A stretch of DNA of 62,965 nt, the filler included, from Octopus bimaculoides (lineage: Eukaryota), in assembly GCF_001194135.2 (NCBI RefSeq). It is 6 parts of 6 records of this genome, joined end to end, with 100 filler letters (N's around TTAATTAATTAA, not from the genome) between each part and the next. Parts side by side here need not be neighbours in the genome. Positions count along the whole stretch, not along the records: positions 27,430 to 54,548 come from NC_068997.1; positions 54,649 to 62,965 come from NC_068985.1; 4 more parts are not named here. One strand, given 5' to 3'. The translations under genes were made by a program, and so were the position numbers. The notes below the pieces were generated by a model that saw only the letters and a program-made list of their open reading frames with translations, had not been told where the DNA came from and did no database searches. The first letter of the stretch is position 1. Each line of letters starts with the position of its first letter. Positions 41,175 to 55,055 of the stretch are shown here, piece after piece.

Positions 41175-43251
41175 GTGTCTAACGTAGGGAAAGGTGATGC
41201 TGTCCTTCATAAGAACTTATTTTAACAAACGTAACAGGAAAAGGACTTTTCTTATAGATACCTTCATAAATCCCTTCAGGACTCTATTTAAATAATTCTC
41301 CTCCACCTAAAATATTTAAGCTGAAAAAAAAAAAAATTGGCAACTGCGTAACGTCCAGCAAAATTACAAAAAGCACACAAGGAAAGATAAATGAAGACAA
41401 TTTAATCACGTGGTTCTATGTAAACATTTTACAATGAGCATGAAATAATGATTTATTGGCAGAAAGCACAAATATTGAAGTAGACATTAGTAATGATATA
41501 TAATTAGGAACAGCAACCACAACAATAAGAATGTACACATACAAATGTTATTTATGCCCAGCGGCAATAATATTCACAAACGCTTTTCGCCAAGCGAAGG
41601 AATGAATGGGGATTTCGAACTGAGAGACAGAGAAACTATTTCCAGTTTATTTTTGTCACGGAATATTTCTGAAACAGACCGATTCTCAGTTGGAATTATC
41701 TGGTAGAAAGAAGAAAATTGACCTACAGTGCTGCAGAGATTTAACAGAGGAGGTGCTTTTATGAAAATGTCCAAAAACTCGAATAACAGAGTTCTTTAGA
41801 CTCACGCGAAAACCGCAATTTCAAATTTGGCTAGTAGATAAGTTGAAGTATGTTATCATACTTGTTGATGTAAAACCTACAGAAAAATTGTTAAGTAGTC
41901 AAGACAGAAAATCCGCCTAGATATACATATACTCCAATGCCGGTGGTAAACCAGAAAGAATGGAGGAGATTCCGTGAAATCATCTCTGATCGAAGTCTGA
42001 TTTAGCATGTCGTATACTTCGGTTAGCGGAACAAGGCCATTCTAAGACAGCCTTCTAATGGTTGTCATTCGAGAGGTAAAGAGAGTTTGACCGAAAATTC
42101 ATAACCGACGTGAGAAAGGCTATCATATCAAGGATATAAATGAAAAGGTCACATGTATATAAATATTTATATGTTCATAGTTCATATTTTTGAAAGATGC
42201 TTTGTGTTTTTGAAACCAAGTCAATTCGTAATGACCATACGTCATATTGTGACATTAGTGTCAACTCTATGTAGTGACAATTCCAAACTTCTTCGCATTT
42301 TCCTTCTTTTCTTTTTTTACTTCATTTTAATCTTCTTCGTCTACAATTTATTTATTTTTATCCATTTTTAAAAATCTCGTTAAACTATATTTTTGCTGTT
42401 TTCGTTGTCATTAATCTGCTTGCGACTTTCCCTAGTAATTTCATTGATAATATTGCTATGTACGCACAAACCATCTGTTAATCAGCAAGAAAGTTCCTGG
42501 AAACCAAATGACCTCGACACTTCCATACTTTTTTCCATATCGCCCTCACATACACTCGCGTTGTCTGTCTCTCTCTATCTCATACATACATGCATACATA
42601 CATACATACATACATANNNNNNNNNNATATATATATATACAAATATATATATGTGCATATTTATGTGTGTGTATACCTACATACGTACATGCATAGATAC
42701 ATACATACAGATGCATACATTTTTATATACGCATAGTTTCCTTTGTTTTCCTCTTTAAACTAATTGTAAATTTGGCCAACATTGATGTGGTAATTACGCA
42801 CACTGTTGAGGTAACCATTTTGTTTATATTTTTACTTTTCTGTCACAATTTCTTTTTCTGTAGTGGCTGCCGAATTTACCGTTCTTTGTGTTATCATTGA
42901 TGTGCTGGTGCTGTTGTTTTTTTTTTTTTTGTTATTTGTTTCCCTTATTTTCACTTCATTGTATTGACACGAAGACCTAAGATACCAATTACAGTAAACA
43001 GAAAGTCTTTCAAAGTATTTTAATGTCATTATGCAGGGGTACATTATTTAAAAAGAAAATGAATACGCAAAAGCATAATTCGAGACAAACAAAATCGATC
43101 ATGAATCAGTAAGAAAATAAAACGATATCTGTGCTCCAGCATGGCCACAGTCAAAAGACTGAAACAAGTAAAATAGTAAAATAGTATATATCTAACCCAT
43201 ATATGCATACTTACACACACGCGCATCTAAACTAAAGTAGATAATGTATTG

Positions 43252-43509
43252 TAGAGGCGCGTGGCTTACTGGTTAGGGTGTCAGCATCATGATCGTAATA
43301 TTGTGGTTTCGATTCCTGGACCGGGCGACGCGTTGTGTTCTTGAGCAAAACATTTCATTTCACGTTGCTCCAGTCCACTCAGCTGGCAAAAATGAGTAAC
43401 GCTGCGATGGACTAGCGTCATGTCCAGCTAGGGAACACATACGCCATTGGAACCGGGAAACCGGGTCCATGAGCCTGGCTAGGCTTTAAAATGGCGCATT
43501 TATTTATAT
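43252..43509 (+). mobile_element. Full-length tRNA-derived SINE, family C (about 260 bp)
   Basis: A- and B-box-like head ggcttactggttaggg...gtttcgattcctgg, flanked by a perfect 14-bp TSD tagataatgtattg (43238-43251 and 43510-43523). Confidence 0.95.
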
Positions 43510-43666
43510 TAGATAATGTATTGCAATATTTGTATAAACGATATTCACTGTAAAATCTGAGCATAAATTTTAGAGCTTCCATAACGAATTGCTCACAGAC
43601 ACACACTGACACATACAGACACACGTCATTATTGGTTTCAAAATTTATCACAAGACCAACAATTTC

Positions 43667-43830
43667 GGGAGCGGGGCTAAATCGAGTAAATCGATCCCAG
43701 TGTTCTACTCGTACTTATTTCGTCGACTCTGAAACGATAAAAGGCAAAGTCCATCCCAGAAAGTAAGAACAGACGGAGTGCCGCTAAGCATTTTTCCCGC
43801 CATCTAAAAGGTTCTGCCAGCTCGCCAAAT
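43667..43830 (-). mobile_element. SINE family D, minus strand
   Basis: Reverse complement ggcgagctggcagaacc...atgcttagcgg...gactttgcc...gtcgacgaaataagtac. Confidence 0.8.
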
Positions 43831-45807
43831 TTATGTCAGTGTGTTACTTTTCTTTTTGTTATTCGCTATATTATTTTCACGCCGTGTGAATGCTAGTATT
43901 TATTATTCCATTGTTATTCCTAAACAAGCAACAATATTTCTTTTTACATTACACTCTACTATTTATGCGTGTAAATGGGGATTCATCGATTTTGTAGGTT
44001 TGCTTCGTATGTTGCATTTTTTTCTGAAGTACACCAAATATTGGAATCTTTATTAGATGCACAGTTTACTGTTAATTTCGATAGTTGGGACATGATTAAA
44101 TCTATAAACAAATTGTATCGTTGACAATGTGCTTTTGAAATTTTAGAAACTTATTGAATGATAACAATTCCACTAGGCCTGAACACCAAACAGTACTCGG
44201 TACCACAGAGCTCAATAAGCACGATGATGACAAAGCTGACCTTTCACGGATATACGATCAGAGGAATACCAGCTAAATGAGATTGTAGGTATAATTTATG
44301 CATCGCCAAACCAGCAACTGAAATCAAACGGCGAGGGCGTTGCGATCGGGAAGAACTGAATTAATAAAATGTAGGAGGGTCGTCGTTCAGTATAGGAGAT
44401 ACAATTATTAAACATCGCCTCCTACTCTCTTTCAGACCTCATGGGATATTCTTCCCTGTTTATGCATCGATATTTTGCACAACAGAAGTATTGTCTCCAT
44501 CGTTCCGACATACATTATTCGTACACACACATACACACACTTCTGTACCAGTGTTGGTTTATACGTACCGATTCCTTGGGATCATGGACTCTAAAAAGAT
44601 ATGTACCATATTTCTTTATAAAACCTGTCGTAATTATCAATGCATTTGACGATTTTCGAAGTATCTTTGTCAGTTATTGAACAACACGTGACCATTAAAA
44701 TTAGGTAGCTTCCAAGATGAATCAAAGACGTTCATAGATGGCAATTTCTTGAGGCTCACTACACTGAAACTTTGCTTGCTTTTTGCTCAGCCTGATAGAA
44801 TGTGTTAGGTTTCTTCAAGTTTGAGGTTCCAAGACAGCTTTCATTAGAAATTCTATACTAAGATTACTGGAAATTTTGTAACAGGTTTTCCTGCATTTCA
44901 CTAGAAATTCTGCAAAATGCCTGATTAGGCATTTTGGCCTCTGACACTGAGAGGAACTGCTTAACACAACTTCTCATATACTACAAGACTATGTATAAAT
45001 ATGTGTATGGGTATGTGCATGTTCAAGAGTGAGCGTTTCTATATATATAAATTGCGATTACACTATTTAAAAAAAAAAAGATATACATTTTTTAAAAATA
45101 TTCGCTAAGTGACGAGGGAGCCGCAACACTTAAACAAGACCGATTGGCATTGGACATTACAGGAAGTTCGTCATATTGGATAGTTTGTGTATAAGTTAAC
45201 GAAATTTTATTAGGTTTTCCGTCAAGATATTGATTCAGAGATTTGATGATTCAATTCCGTTATTAATATAAATGTTTATGAAATATCTCTGAAGTATGTT
45301 GAAGAAGCTTATTGTGTCGGAAATTGTTGAAATCTACAAAGGGATTGTATATGTGTATATGTGTGCGTGCGGGTGTGAGTGTGNNNNNNNNNNNNNNNNN
45401 NNNNNNNNNNNNNNNNNNNNNNNNNNNNNNNNNNNNNNNNNNNNNNNNNNNNNNNNNNNNNNNNNNNNNNNNNNNNNNNNNNNNNNNNNNNNNNNNNNNN
45501 NNNNNNNNNNNNNNNNNNNNNNNNNNNNNNNNNNNNNNNNNNNNNNNNNNNNNNNNNNNNNNNNNNNNNNNNNNNNNNNNNNNNNNNNNNNNNNNNNNNN
45601 NNNNNNNNNNNNNNNNNNNNNNNNNNNNNNNNNNNNNNNNNNNNNNNNNNNNNNNNNNNNNNNNNNNNNNNNNNNNNNNNNATATATATATATATACATA
45701 TACAGGGAGAGAGAGAGAGAAAAGAGGAAGAGAGAGGGAGAGAGAGAGAGAGAAAAGAGGAAGAGAGAAGAATACTTGTGTGCTTACGAAGCTCACCTTT
45801 CATCCAC

Positions 45808-46004
45808 ATGTTAACGGCTTCCGTCCCACCGTACGCCCGCTGTGAGCAGGTGAGCAAGTCTTTTCTACTACAGCCTTTGGGGTAACCTATATCTCTGGAA
45901 TGGATTTGTACATATATACGTCGTCGTTACAGGGTAATTTTTGCAATAGAGTGTTTTACAGAATTTTTTGTTTATTCCATGTTAGGCCCTGCCTTCCACA
46001 ACAG
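45808..46004 (+). CDS. Candidate first two coding exons (45808-45849 and 45986-46004) of an unidentified gene
   Basis: ATG...GAGCAG|gtgagc, then a 136-nt intron ending ttttttgtttattccatgttag, then GCCCTGCCTTCCACAACAG|gtaggc. The spliced frame is MLTASVPPYARCEQALPSTT. I recognise no homolog. Confidence 0.3.
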
Positions 46005-46633
46005 GTAGGCCTCTTGATCAGGACAGATTTGTGCAATTTTTCGCAAAAAAAAATTCGTCGTTGATTTTTTTTTTGTTTCCTTTTTCATATTAGATGTAAA
46101 CCTTTTTCTACAGAATCAAATCCCAATTCGTTTATGCTAAAATGTAGCTAGGGACGAGTCCTCTTCAAAAATATTAACAGTTTTCAATTTGGTTCAGAAC
46201 GAAATTAGCGACAAGTTCTGAAAGATACTGCGTTTGAGTAAATTGCGGCCTTAAAAATATTATTCAACTATTGTCGTAGTTAAATGATATATGTACAGGC
46301 GTGTCTGTATATTCGTGTATTATATATATTAATATATATATATACAGTAAGATGTATAGTATGTTACTATATAGTAACACATATAGTAACATATATACAT
46401 TTGTATGTGTGCGTGTGTTTATGGGCGTGTGCGTATAGATATATGCATAAAAAATATGTGTACATATATTTATACGCATGCATATAGGATCATATATATA
46501 CACACACATATATATATATACATATATATGTATGTATATATATATATATATATATATATAGGGAGAGAGAGAGAGAGAGAGATAATAGTTAGATTGAAAA
46601 ATAGAAGGATAGATAGATAGACAGATATAAGGT

Positions 46634-46671
<38 letters not shown>

Positions 46672-46779
46672 TGCCTGTGCGTATATATTTATATATTTGC
46701 TATATATTTGCTGGTATATACGTACATGCATACACTCTTCAGTTACATAGTATCCCACTCTCTTTCTCTCTATTACTTT

Positions 46780-46829
<50 letters not shown>

Positions 46830-46840
46830 CNNNNNNNNNN

Positions 46841-46897
<57 letters not shown>

Positions 46898-48049
46898 CTA
46901 TATCCCACGCTCTCTCTCCCTCTCTCCCTCTCTCCGTCTCTCCTCCGTTTTCTCTGAAACTCCTTGCCAATAATTATAAATTAAAGTTTTTATTTCCTTG
47001 TAAGTTACAATATTAAATTATGACTTGTAATTTTAATGAAACATGAACGAGATTTTCCAAAATCCTCCACTTCCCTAACTATTTTCCCCTCCATCACTCA
47101 CACTATTTTCTATCATCAGCATCACAATCAACTCAATTACCATTACCACCGCCATCACTCCACCCCCGTTATCAACATTATCACCAACACGTCCACCGTT
47201 ACCACCAGCACACTCATAAACCAATCCGTTAAAAAACGGGTGGTGGAGAAAGAGCTGAAAATATTAAAATATCAAATTTTTGATAAAACAATATAGAATT
47301 AAATTGCAAAAAGGAGAGAAAAAGTTCGTTTATTTATTTTACTTCACCTTAATTTATTTTCCATGTTTTACATGTTATTTATTAATTTTATTCTTTTTCC
47401 CACTTACAGATATTTATGTTCGAGTTTTAGAAGACGGCATATTATTAATCACTGGCATATTTGTACAGCAATTATACAATTTTCTTTAACAAATACCAGA
47501 TATCAAAAGAAAATAATGAAACAACAAAATAACGATATTTTTATTAATAATATTAATAATATTTAGGAGGTGGGTTTGTGTATGTGCGTGTGTGTGCGTT
47601 TATCATCATTAATAATATTAACAAATAATAATAATAAAAATGATGATGATGATAATAATAATAAAAATAATAATCATAATTTTTAAAATGAAATATATAC
47701 AAGATAAAACAGGAAAATCTAATGGAATCTTTGGTAGGATATAATTATGGTGTTGTATATTAATAATATGCATCAATAGTGAAGACTGTGGTTGATGATG
47801 CAGAAATACAGCGTAGGTTTACAAGGATATCCAAAGACATTTATACTTAATGTATGCTGCTGTATAATTTGTGCAGATTTCTAACGGGTTATATTAGCAT
47901 AGTTCACTACACAAATTTAAGGGATTATTTAGTGTCATTTTACGTTTGTTTGATTTATATATAATGTATTTTATCTAGTTTTATAAAAATTATAATGTAG
48001 TACAGTTCCTAGAATTTAATCACCATCCCAATGTTCACCAATGTATATA

Positions 48050-48103
<54 letters not shown>

Positions 48104-48292
48104 TGTGTGTGTGTGTTAACCTACCTATGTATGTGTTAACCTACATACCTATATGCATTGATATCTATGTGTCTATCTGTCTACTGTCTATCTATTTATC
48201 TATCTATCTATCTAATTATCTATCCATTTCTCTGTAGGTCTCCTATCCTGCTTTTTCCATGTATCTGTATACGTACACACACACATATATAC

Positions 48293-48327
<35 letters not shown>

Positions 48328-48444
48328 TGTGTGTGGTATTTGTATCTATATGTGAATACATCAACATATCTATATGTGAATACATGTTTATGGTTGTGTG
48401 TCTATATACACATACATATACATACACGCATATATGTGTGTATG

Positions 48445-48483
<39 letters not shown>

Positions 48484-49164
48484 NNNNNNNNNNNNNNNNN
48501 NNNNNNNNNNNNNNNNNNNNNNNNNNNNNNNNNNNNNNNNNNNNNNNNNNNNNNNNNNNNNNNNNNNNNNNNNNNNNNNNNNNNNNNNNNNNNNNNNNNN
48601 NNNNNNNNNNNNNNNNNNNNNNNNNNNNNNNNNNNNNNNNNNNNNNNNNNNNNNNNNNNNNNNNNNNNNNNNNNNNNNNNNNNNNNNNNNNNNNNNNNNN
48701 NNNNNNNNNNNNNNNNNNNNNNNNNNNNNNNNNNNNNNNNNNNNNNNNNNNNNNNNNNNNNNNNNNNNNNNNNNNNNNNNNNNNNNNNNNNNNNNNNNNN
48801 NNNNNNNNNNNNNNNNNNNNNNNNNNNNNNNNNNNNNNNNNNNNNNNNNNNNNNNNNNNNNNNNNNNNNNNNNNNNNNNNNNNNNNNNNNNNNNNNNNNN
48901 NNNNNNNNNNNNNNNNNNNNNNNNNNNNNNNNNNNNNNNNNNNNNNNNNNNNNNNNNNNNNNNNNNNNNNNNNNNNNNNNNNNNNNNNNNNNNNNNNNNN
49001 NNNNNNNNNNNNNNNNNNNNNNNNNNNNNNNNNNNNNNNNNNNNNNNNNNNNNNNNNNNNNNNNNNNNNNNNNNNNNNNNNNNNNNNNNNNNNNNNNNNN
49101 NNNNNNNNNNNNNNNNNNNNNNNNNNNNNNNNNNNNNNNNNNNNNNNNNNNNCAGGTGATAGTA

Positions 49165-50396
49165 TTGGGTTGGCAGCTACGTTCTCTCTCTTTTTTTAGA
49201 TTAAAATTTTTCTAAAGGTTTGATTAAAAAAATAACGACTAATTAATCAATAATGCATTCACCCTTGTTGTTTACAACTTCTTCCCAACGTTCAACAAGA
49301 TTTTCAATACTTCGTTGGTAGAAATCACCCGATTTCGACTCGAAAATTTCATCCAACCAAGCTCTCAATTCTGCATCATTATTGAACGAAACTCCGCGCA
49401 TAACATTTGAAAGAGATTGAAAGGGGTGGAAATCCGTTGGTGCCAAATGAGGAAAGTACGGTGGGCGTGGCAGCACTTCGCAGCCATGCGTTTGAATGGC
49501 TTCCTTGGTCATATTGGCGATATGAGGGCAGGCGTTATCGTGCAGCAAAAGAACTCCATGCTGACGATTAAGTCTTTTCTCTTTTATAGCCGTGTTGACT
49601 CGTTCCGTCTGTTGAACATAGAGTTGCGCGTTAACCGTTTGGTTCCATTCAAGCAATTCGTAATGGATAATCCCTTCCCAGTCTCACCATACGCATAACA
49701 TCGTTTTACGCGGGTGAAGATCTTGTTTCACGCGCGGTATCGCTTGTTTACCGGGGCTAAGCCGTTCCTTACGCTGCTTCATATTGATGTACAGGCACCA
49801 TCTTTCGTTGCCAGTAACGATCTGGTAGAGAAATCGTTACTTGTGTCCATGAGTTGAGCGGTGACGAGCAAGCAAACCAGCGGAGATTGTGGCTCGTTGA
49901 TTCTTGTTGTTGTCACTAAAGCATGCGGAACCCATGCTACATATTTCTGAACCTTTTCTATCGAATGAAGATACTTCTCTATAGCAGTGTGGGAGCATTC
50001 CATTTTCTCTGCTAATTCCCTTGTCGTTTGACGAGAATTTTCGTTCAAAAGTTTGTTTTATTGCTCTTCATCGAACTCAACTGGACGGCCAATCACGAAC
50101 AGTTCTTTCAGCTATGGCACCCTCTCCATACACAGTGCAAATGTCACGAGCAGCTTTTGCGGCCTTAGAACCTTGATTAAAAGCAAGAAGAAGGAGATGT
50201 CGAAAATGCTCGTTTTTCTTAACTTGACATTCCATTTTAATGATCTGAAAACAAACAAAAATTAACTAAAATTAAGTAGAAAAAAAAATAGATTCCAAAA
50301 TGATTCAAAAATAGAATTCTACAAAAAAATAGATTCCAAAATTTAAAGACACAATAAATTCCAAAATTTACAGCAGGAACTTAGTTGCCAACCCAA
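49165..50396 (-). mobile_element. Full-length mariner element (1232 bp)
   Basis: TIRs TA|TTGGGTTGGCAGCTACGTTC (49163) and the reverse complement of TA|TTGGGTTGGCAACTAAGTTC (50398), with TA target duplications. Confidence 0.95.
49243..50235 (-). pseudogene. Mariner DD34D transposase pseudogene
   Basis: Reads MECQVKKNEHFRHLLL..., WVPHAL, IVTGNERW, LLLHDNACPH and PPYFPHLAPTDFHPF. There is a deletion with frameshift after TVRDW, further frameshifts and stops, and altered catalytic-motif residues. Confidence 0.93.
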
Positions 50397-51404
50397 TATT
50401 TAAATTGTGAACGTAGGTGGAACGCAATATGAGAGACGAGAAAATCTGAAGAGCTTGAATTTTGTTAGGAATAGCATAAGAACCACACAGGCTCTTCAAG
50501 TACAAATGTGAAAATGAAGACAATGAGACAGAGAGAAAAAGAGAGATACTGGGATTGAAGTGAGGTGATACAACACCTTGATTGAGGGACACAGTTATCT
50601 TGGGAAAAAACCTTTATATCAATCAATGGAATAGTTTTTATGGGATACACCTTAGGACATCTAATTTCATACCAAATACAGAGTCGTAGTTGTGATAGAA
50701 GTGCTCTATTTTGGGTGTCCGCTAAGCTATNNNNNNNNNNNNNNNNNNNNNNNNNNNNNNNNNNNNNNNNNNNNNNNNNNNNNNNNNNNNNNNNNNNNNN
50801 NNNNNNNNNNNNNNNNNNNNNNNNNNNNNNNNNNNNNNNNNNNNNNNNNNNNNNNNNNNNNNNNNNNNNNNNNNNNNNNNNNNNNNNNNNNNNNNNNNNN
50901 NNNNNNNNNNNNNNNNNNNNNNNNNNNNNNNNNNNNNNNNNNNNNNNNNNNNNNNNNNNNNNNNNNNNNNNNNNNNNNNNNNNNNNNNNNNNNNNNNNNN
51001 NNNNNNNNNNNNNNNNNNNNNNNNNNNNNNNNNNNNNNNNNNNNNNNNNNNNNNNNNNNNNNNNNNNNNNNNNNNNNNNNNNNNNNNNNNNNNNNNNNNN
51101 NNNNNNNNNNNNNNNNNNNNNNNNNNNNNNNNNNNNNNNNNNNNNNNNNNNNNNNNNNNNNNNNNNNNNNNNNNNNNNNNNNNNNNNNNNNNNNNNNNNN
51201 NNNNNNNNNNNNNNNNNNNNNNNNNNNNNNNNNNNNNNNNNNNNNNNNNNNNNNNNNNNNNNNNNNNNNNNNNNNNNNNNNNNNNNNNNNNNNNNNNNNN
51301 NNNNNNNNNNNNNNNNNNNNNNNNNNNNNNNNNNNNNNNNNNNNNNNNNNNNNNNNNNNNNNNNNNNNNNNNNNNNNNNNNNNNNNNNNNNNNNNNNNNN
51401 NNNN

Positions 51405-51441
<37 letters not shown>

Positions 51442-51750
51442 ATGCATACACATCTATATGCACGTGTAAATTAGAGATATCTGAATATGAATATGAAATT
51501 GTTTATGCATGAATATACAGTGCATATTCTTATATTCTTTTATTCCTTTATTCTTTCATTGTTTTCATTTGTAAAGCCATGCCCATGCTGGGGCACAGCT
51601 TTGATTTTCCTCATGTAATCTCTGACTCATTGATGCTATTCAAGCGTCAGCAGCTTCTCCATTTCAATCTCTCCCGTCCTCAGTATCTTTCTATAAATAT
51701 ATACACTCACACACAAACACGCACACACACACATTCATTCTTTCAGTCAT

Positions 51751-51794
<44 letters not shown>

Positions 51795-51796
51795 AA

Positions 51797-51833
<37 letters not shown>

Positions 51834-52779
51834 CTGTGTATGTATGTATAATGTCTCTCCTCGTTGCCTTTCTACATCTACATATATTTGCATATATATT
51901 AATGTGATATATAACGATATACACTCTATCAGTCCATGCATCTTAAACACTTGGAAATAGGTATGTGTGTGAATGTGCGTGTGTATATATGTGTGTACGT
52001 CCGACGTACTGCATACGTATATGTAGTTACATATATATACATCCACACTCACACACGCACATATGCACATNNNNNNNNNNGTATATTTTGGTCTATATCT
52101 GTGGGTATATGTGCGTGTGCTTGTGTATGCGTGTTGTGTATGTACATATGCCTGAATGTGCCTTTGCATGTCAGTCTGTGTGTGTTTGTGTGTGTAATAT
52201 TGGAGATTGATGATTTCCATAGGATATTTTCATAATTTTAATAGCTTTCGCTACATATCAAAGATGAAAGAATCATTAACTTTTGATGAGCAGGCGTCGT
52301 GAATCTTTCCATATTGATCAAGCTTACGAAGCGATCATTGTATTCCTACAGAGGGCCAATGGCCGATTTACTTTATGGAATCTTATTGCATCATTACAAT
52401 GACTAGATCCCAATTGGTCAGATAATGTTTCTGTAAAAGCATAGCTTTGACCTAAGGCACAGCAGATATTCTTTTCAAAACTCTGAAGAATCTATTCGTC
52501 GATCATCTTCGTGCCTTATGATGCCATATGATGCCAATACCGAAAACGCTTCCAGTTATAAACGACATCAAAGGCAATGAAAAGAAGAGGGATATATATA
52601 TAAGACAACAAACAAATAGGTAAAAAAAATAGACAAAATATACATAAGGAAAAGGAAGAAATATAGGATAAAGCTCGTATTAAGTACGTTTCGATTTCTT
52701 CCTGAGAAACCGAAGACGTTGTGTTAGCAGTGTCACAGTGGAAATATATATGGTTGACCTTATAATCTGGGGAAATGAA

Positions 52780-53296
52780 AGGAAGAATATCATAATAATA
52801 ATAAAAAAAGACAAAGTTGTCTTGGCATAATAATAATAATACTCGGTGAGAAATGGAAGAAAATTTGAAGAAGAAAAATAACAACGTAATAATAATAATA
52901 ATGATAATAATAATAATAATTATGATTATTATCAATATTATTATTAATGTTGTTGTTATTATTATTATTATCATCATCATCATCATCAACAACAACAACA
53001 CGATTATCAGCAGCAGCAGCACCATCAAAGAACAATAATTATAATAGATATGAAGAAGAAGAAGAAGAAGAAGAAGAATTAAAAGAAACAAGGAGAAGAT
53101 AAAATATAAGAAGAAATAAAAGAAGTGAAAGAAAACGGAGGAGAAGAAGAAGAAGGAGAAGAAGAAGAAGAAGAAGAAGAGGAAGAGGAAGAAGAAGAAG
53201 AAGAAGAAGAAGGAGGAGGAGGACGAGGAGGAGGAGTAAAAGAAGAAAAAGAAGTAAAGGAAGAAGAAGAAAAAGAAGAAGAAGAAGAAGAAAAAG

Positions 53297-53329
<33 letters not shown>

Positions 53330-53570
53330 AAGAAGAAGAAGAAGAAGAAGAAGAAGTAGAAAAAGAAGTAAAAGAAGAAGAAGAAGAAGAAGAAGTAAAA
53401 GAAGAAGAAAAAGAAGAAGACGAAGAAGAAGAAGACGACGAAAAAGGAGTAGAAGAAGAAGAAGAAGAAGAAATAAAGGAAGAAGTAAAAGAAGAAAAAT
53501 GAAAGAAGAAGAAGAAGAAGAAGAAAAATGAAAGAAGAAGAAGAAGAAGAAGAAGAAGAAGAAGAAGAAT
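52780..53570. repeat. (AAT)n followed by a long imperfect (GAA)n tract
   Basis: Directly visible. It produces the poly-E, poly-F, poly-L and poly-S ORFs. Confidence 0.97.
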
Positions 53571-53867
53571 CCCACCATATGGCTTTGTCAAATGGTTTTC
53601 TTTCACTTTTAAACCCAAGCTTCTGCACAGCTGCAAAGGTTGCTCAATATTTAGGTCTCTTAAGTTTTCGAAGTAGACTTTCCTTAACAGTTCGTCCATC
53701 TTTTCTCACTACTTAATATAGTTTTCCGCTTATGACTCCTCTGAGTGTTGGCAGCCTTTTCCTTTCGCCCTTTCGTGCCTCATTCACGTGTAATGATAGG
53801 CTTCATTCTTCTTCTATAACAGTCTTTCCCTCCGTAAAGGAAAATTTACCTTCCTTCGAGTAGCTAC

Positions 53868-54000
53868 TTCAAATTCCGCCGAGGTCGACTTTACCATTCA
53901 TCCTTTCGGTGTCGATAAAACTAGTACCAGTTGAGCACTGGAGGTCGATGTAATACACTTACCCTGTCCCCTGAAATTTCTGTCCTAGTGCCAAAATTTC
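53868..54000 (+). mobile_element. SINE family D, 5'-truncated
   Basis: ttcaaattccgccgaggtcgactttaccattcatcctttcggtgtcgataaaactagtaccag. Confidence 0.85.
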
Positions 54001-54156
54001 AATCCAATCTGTTTGTAGGTAAAGGGATATAACAAAATATCACAATACATTTTATACCCTGTATTAGTGACTCTGCTTATCAAGCATGAATATCTAACGC
54101 ATATTACGCATTTTACTTACTGGCGCAAGGCTGTGCATTTTGTCCACAAAACATTC

Positions 54157-54420
54157 TAATTACCTACGCCTTAGCGAAGGGGAAGGTATTATTTTCAGTT
54201 GTGTTTGTTTGTTCGTTTGTCCGAGGACAAGATAACTCAAGGACCACTGGATGGATTTGGATGAAACTTTCAGGGATATATTTAGCCTTGTGACTGGCAC
54301 GAACTGATTACATTTTGGGCCGATAATGTACCGGACAAGCATTCTGGATTATTTTTCCTGTTTTTTACTTAATTTTTGAGATCCGGTGGGTAGAAAATTA
54401 TAAATCGTATTTCTCACTTT
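54157..54420 (+). mobile_element. DINE/HINE-like (Helentron-associated) non-autonomous element
   Basis: attacctacgccttagcgaagggg, then gtttgtttgttcgtttgtcc, gataactcaa and gatggatttggatgaaactttcagg. This layout is typical of such elements. The family assignment is from recall. Confidence 0.6.
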
Positions 54421-54443
54421 TGTAATTGCTGCAAATTATTTTT

Positions 54444-54499
<56 letters not shown>

Positions 54500-54678
54500 A
54501 GTAATAATAATAATAATATACTGTAAGCTCGTTACGAAAAAAGTACGANNNNNNNNNNNNNNNNNNNNNNNNNNNNNNNNNNNNNNNNNNNNTTAATTAA
54601 TTAANNNNNNNNNNNNNNNNNNNNNNNNNNNNNNNNNNNNNNNNNNNNAGCGTGGTGGTATCTCTTGATACCCTGTAT

Positions 54679-54724
<46 letters not shown>

Positions 54725-54729
54725 GACTG

Positions 54730-54885
54730 AGTTAGTGGTTTCAATTCCCAGACTAGGTGGTGGATTGTATTCTTGATCGTGTTCTGGGTTAAAACACTTC
54801 ATTTTACATTGCTCCAGTCCACTCAGATGAAGATGAGACAAACAACAGCTGAAGGTCAACTATGTGACAGACTAGCAACCTGACT
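54730..54885 (+). mobile_element. Degenerate SINE family C fragment
   Basis: aaaacacttcattttacattgctccagtccactcag matches 43346-43382. Confidence 0.7.
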
Positions 54886-55005
54886 TGGGAAGAGTATTGT
54901 ATTCTTTTAGTCATGTTATATAAACTGGAATAAGTTCTGATCCAATGGACCTGAAGGTTCAGGACACAGTTGTTTACCCTGTTTTTTTTTTTAAAGTAGG
55001 AATAC

Positions 55006-55055
55006 CTTTGATTCCATCTTGACTGGGATCTTGATTCTAAGATTTCTGGAACTTT
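55006..55055 (-). CDS. Candidate downstream or terminal exon of the minus-strand membrane-protein gene
   Basis: Strong acceptor gcatcgttttcttttccag| and possible donor AAG|gtattc. The reading phase is unresolved. Confidence 0.3.

Noticed and set aside
42864-42967. Acceptor plus hydrophobic frame AAEFTVLCVIIDVLVLLFFFF..., resembling a Cys-loop receptor M4 helix
   Set aside because: The hydrophobicity comes from a T14 run, the DR motif is absent, and no other receptor exons were found.
50405-50500. IVNVGGTQYE, resembling the BTB/T1 domain start of Kv and KCTD proteins
   Set aside because: It is preceded by a stop and the mariner TIR, has no acceptor, and the downstream residues do not continue a T1 domain.
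52340-52420. Enhancer-like cluster (CCAAT, TTTATGG)
   Set aside because: These short motifs mean little without conservation or chromatin data.
53125-53502. Poly-Glu/Lys ORF resembling an acidic protein
   Set aside because: It is an imperfect GAA microsatellite continuous with non-coding repeats, with no unique flanking coding sequence.
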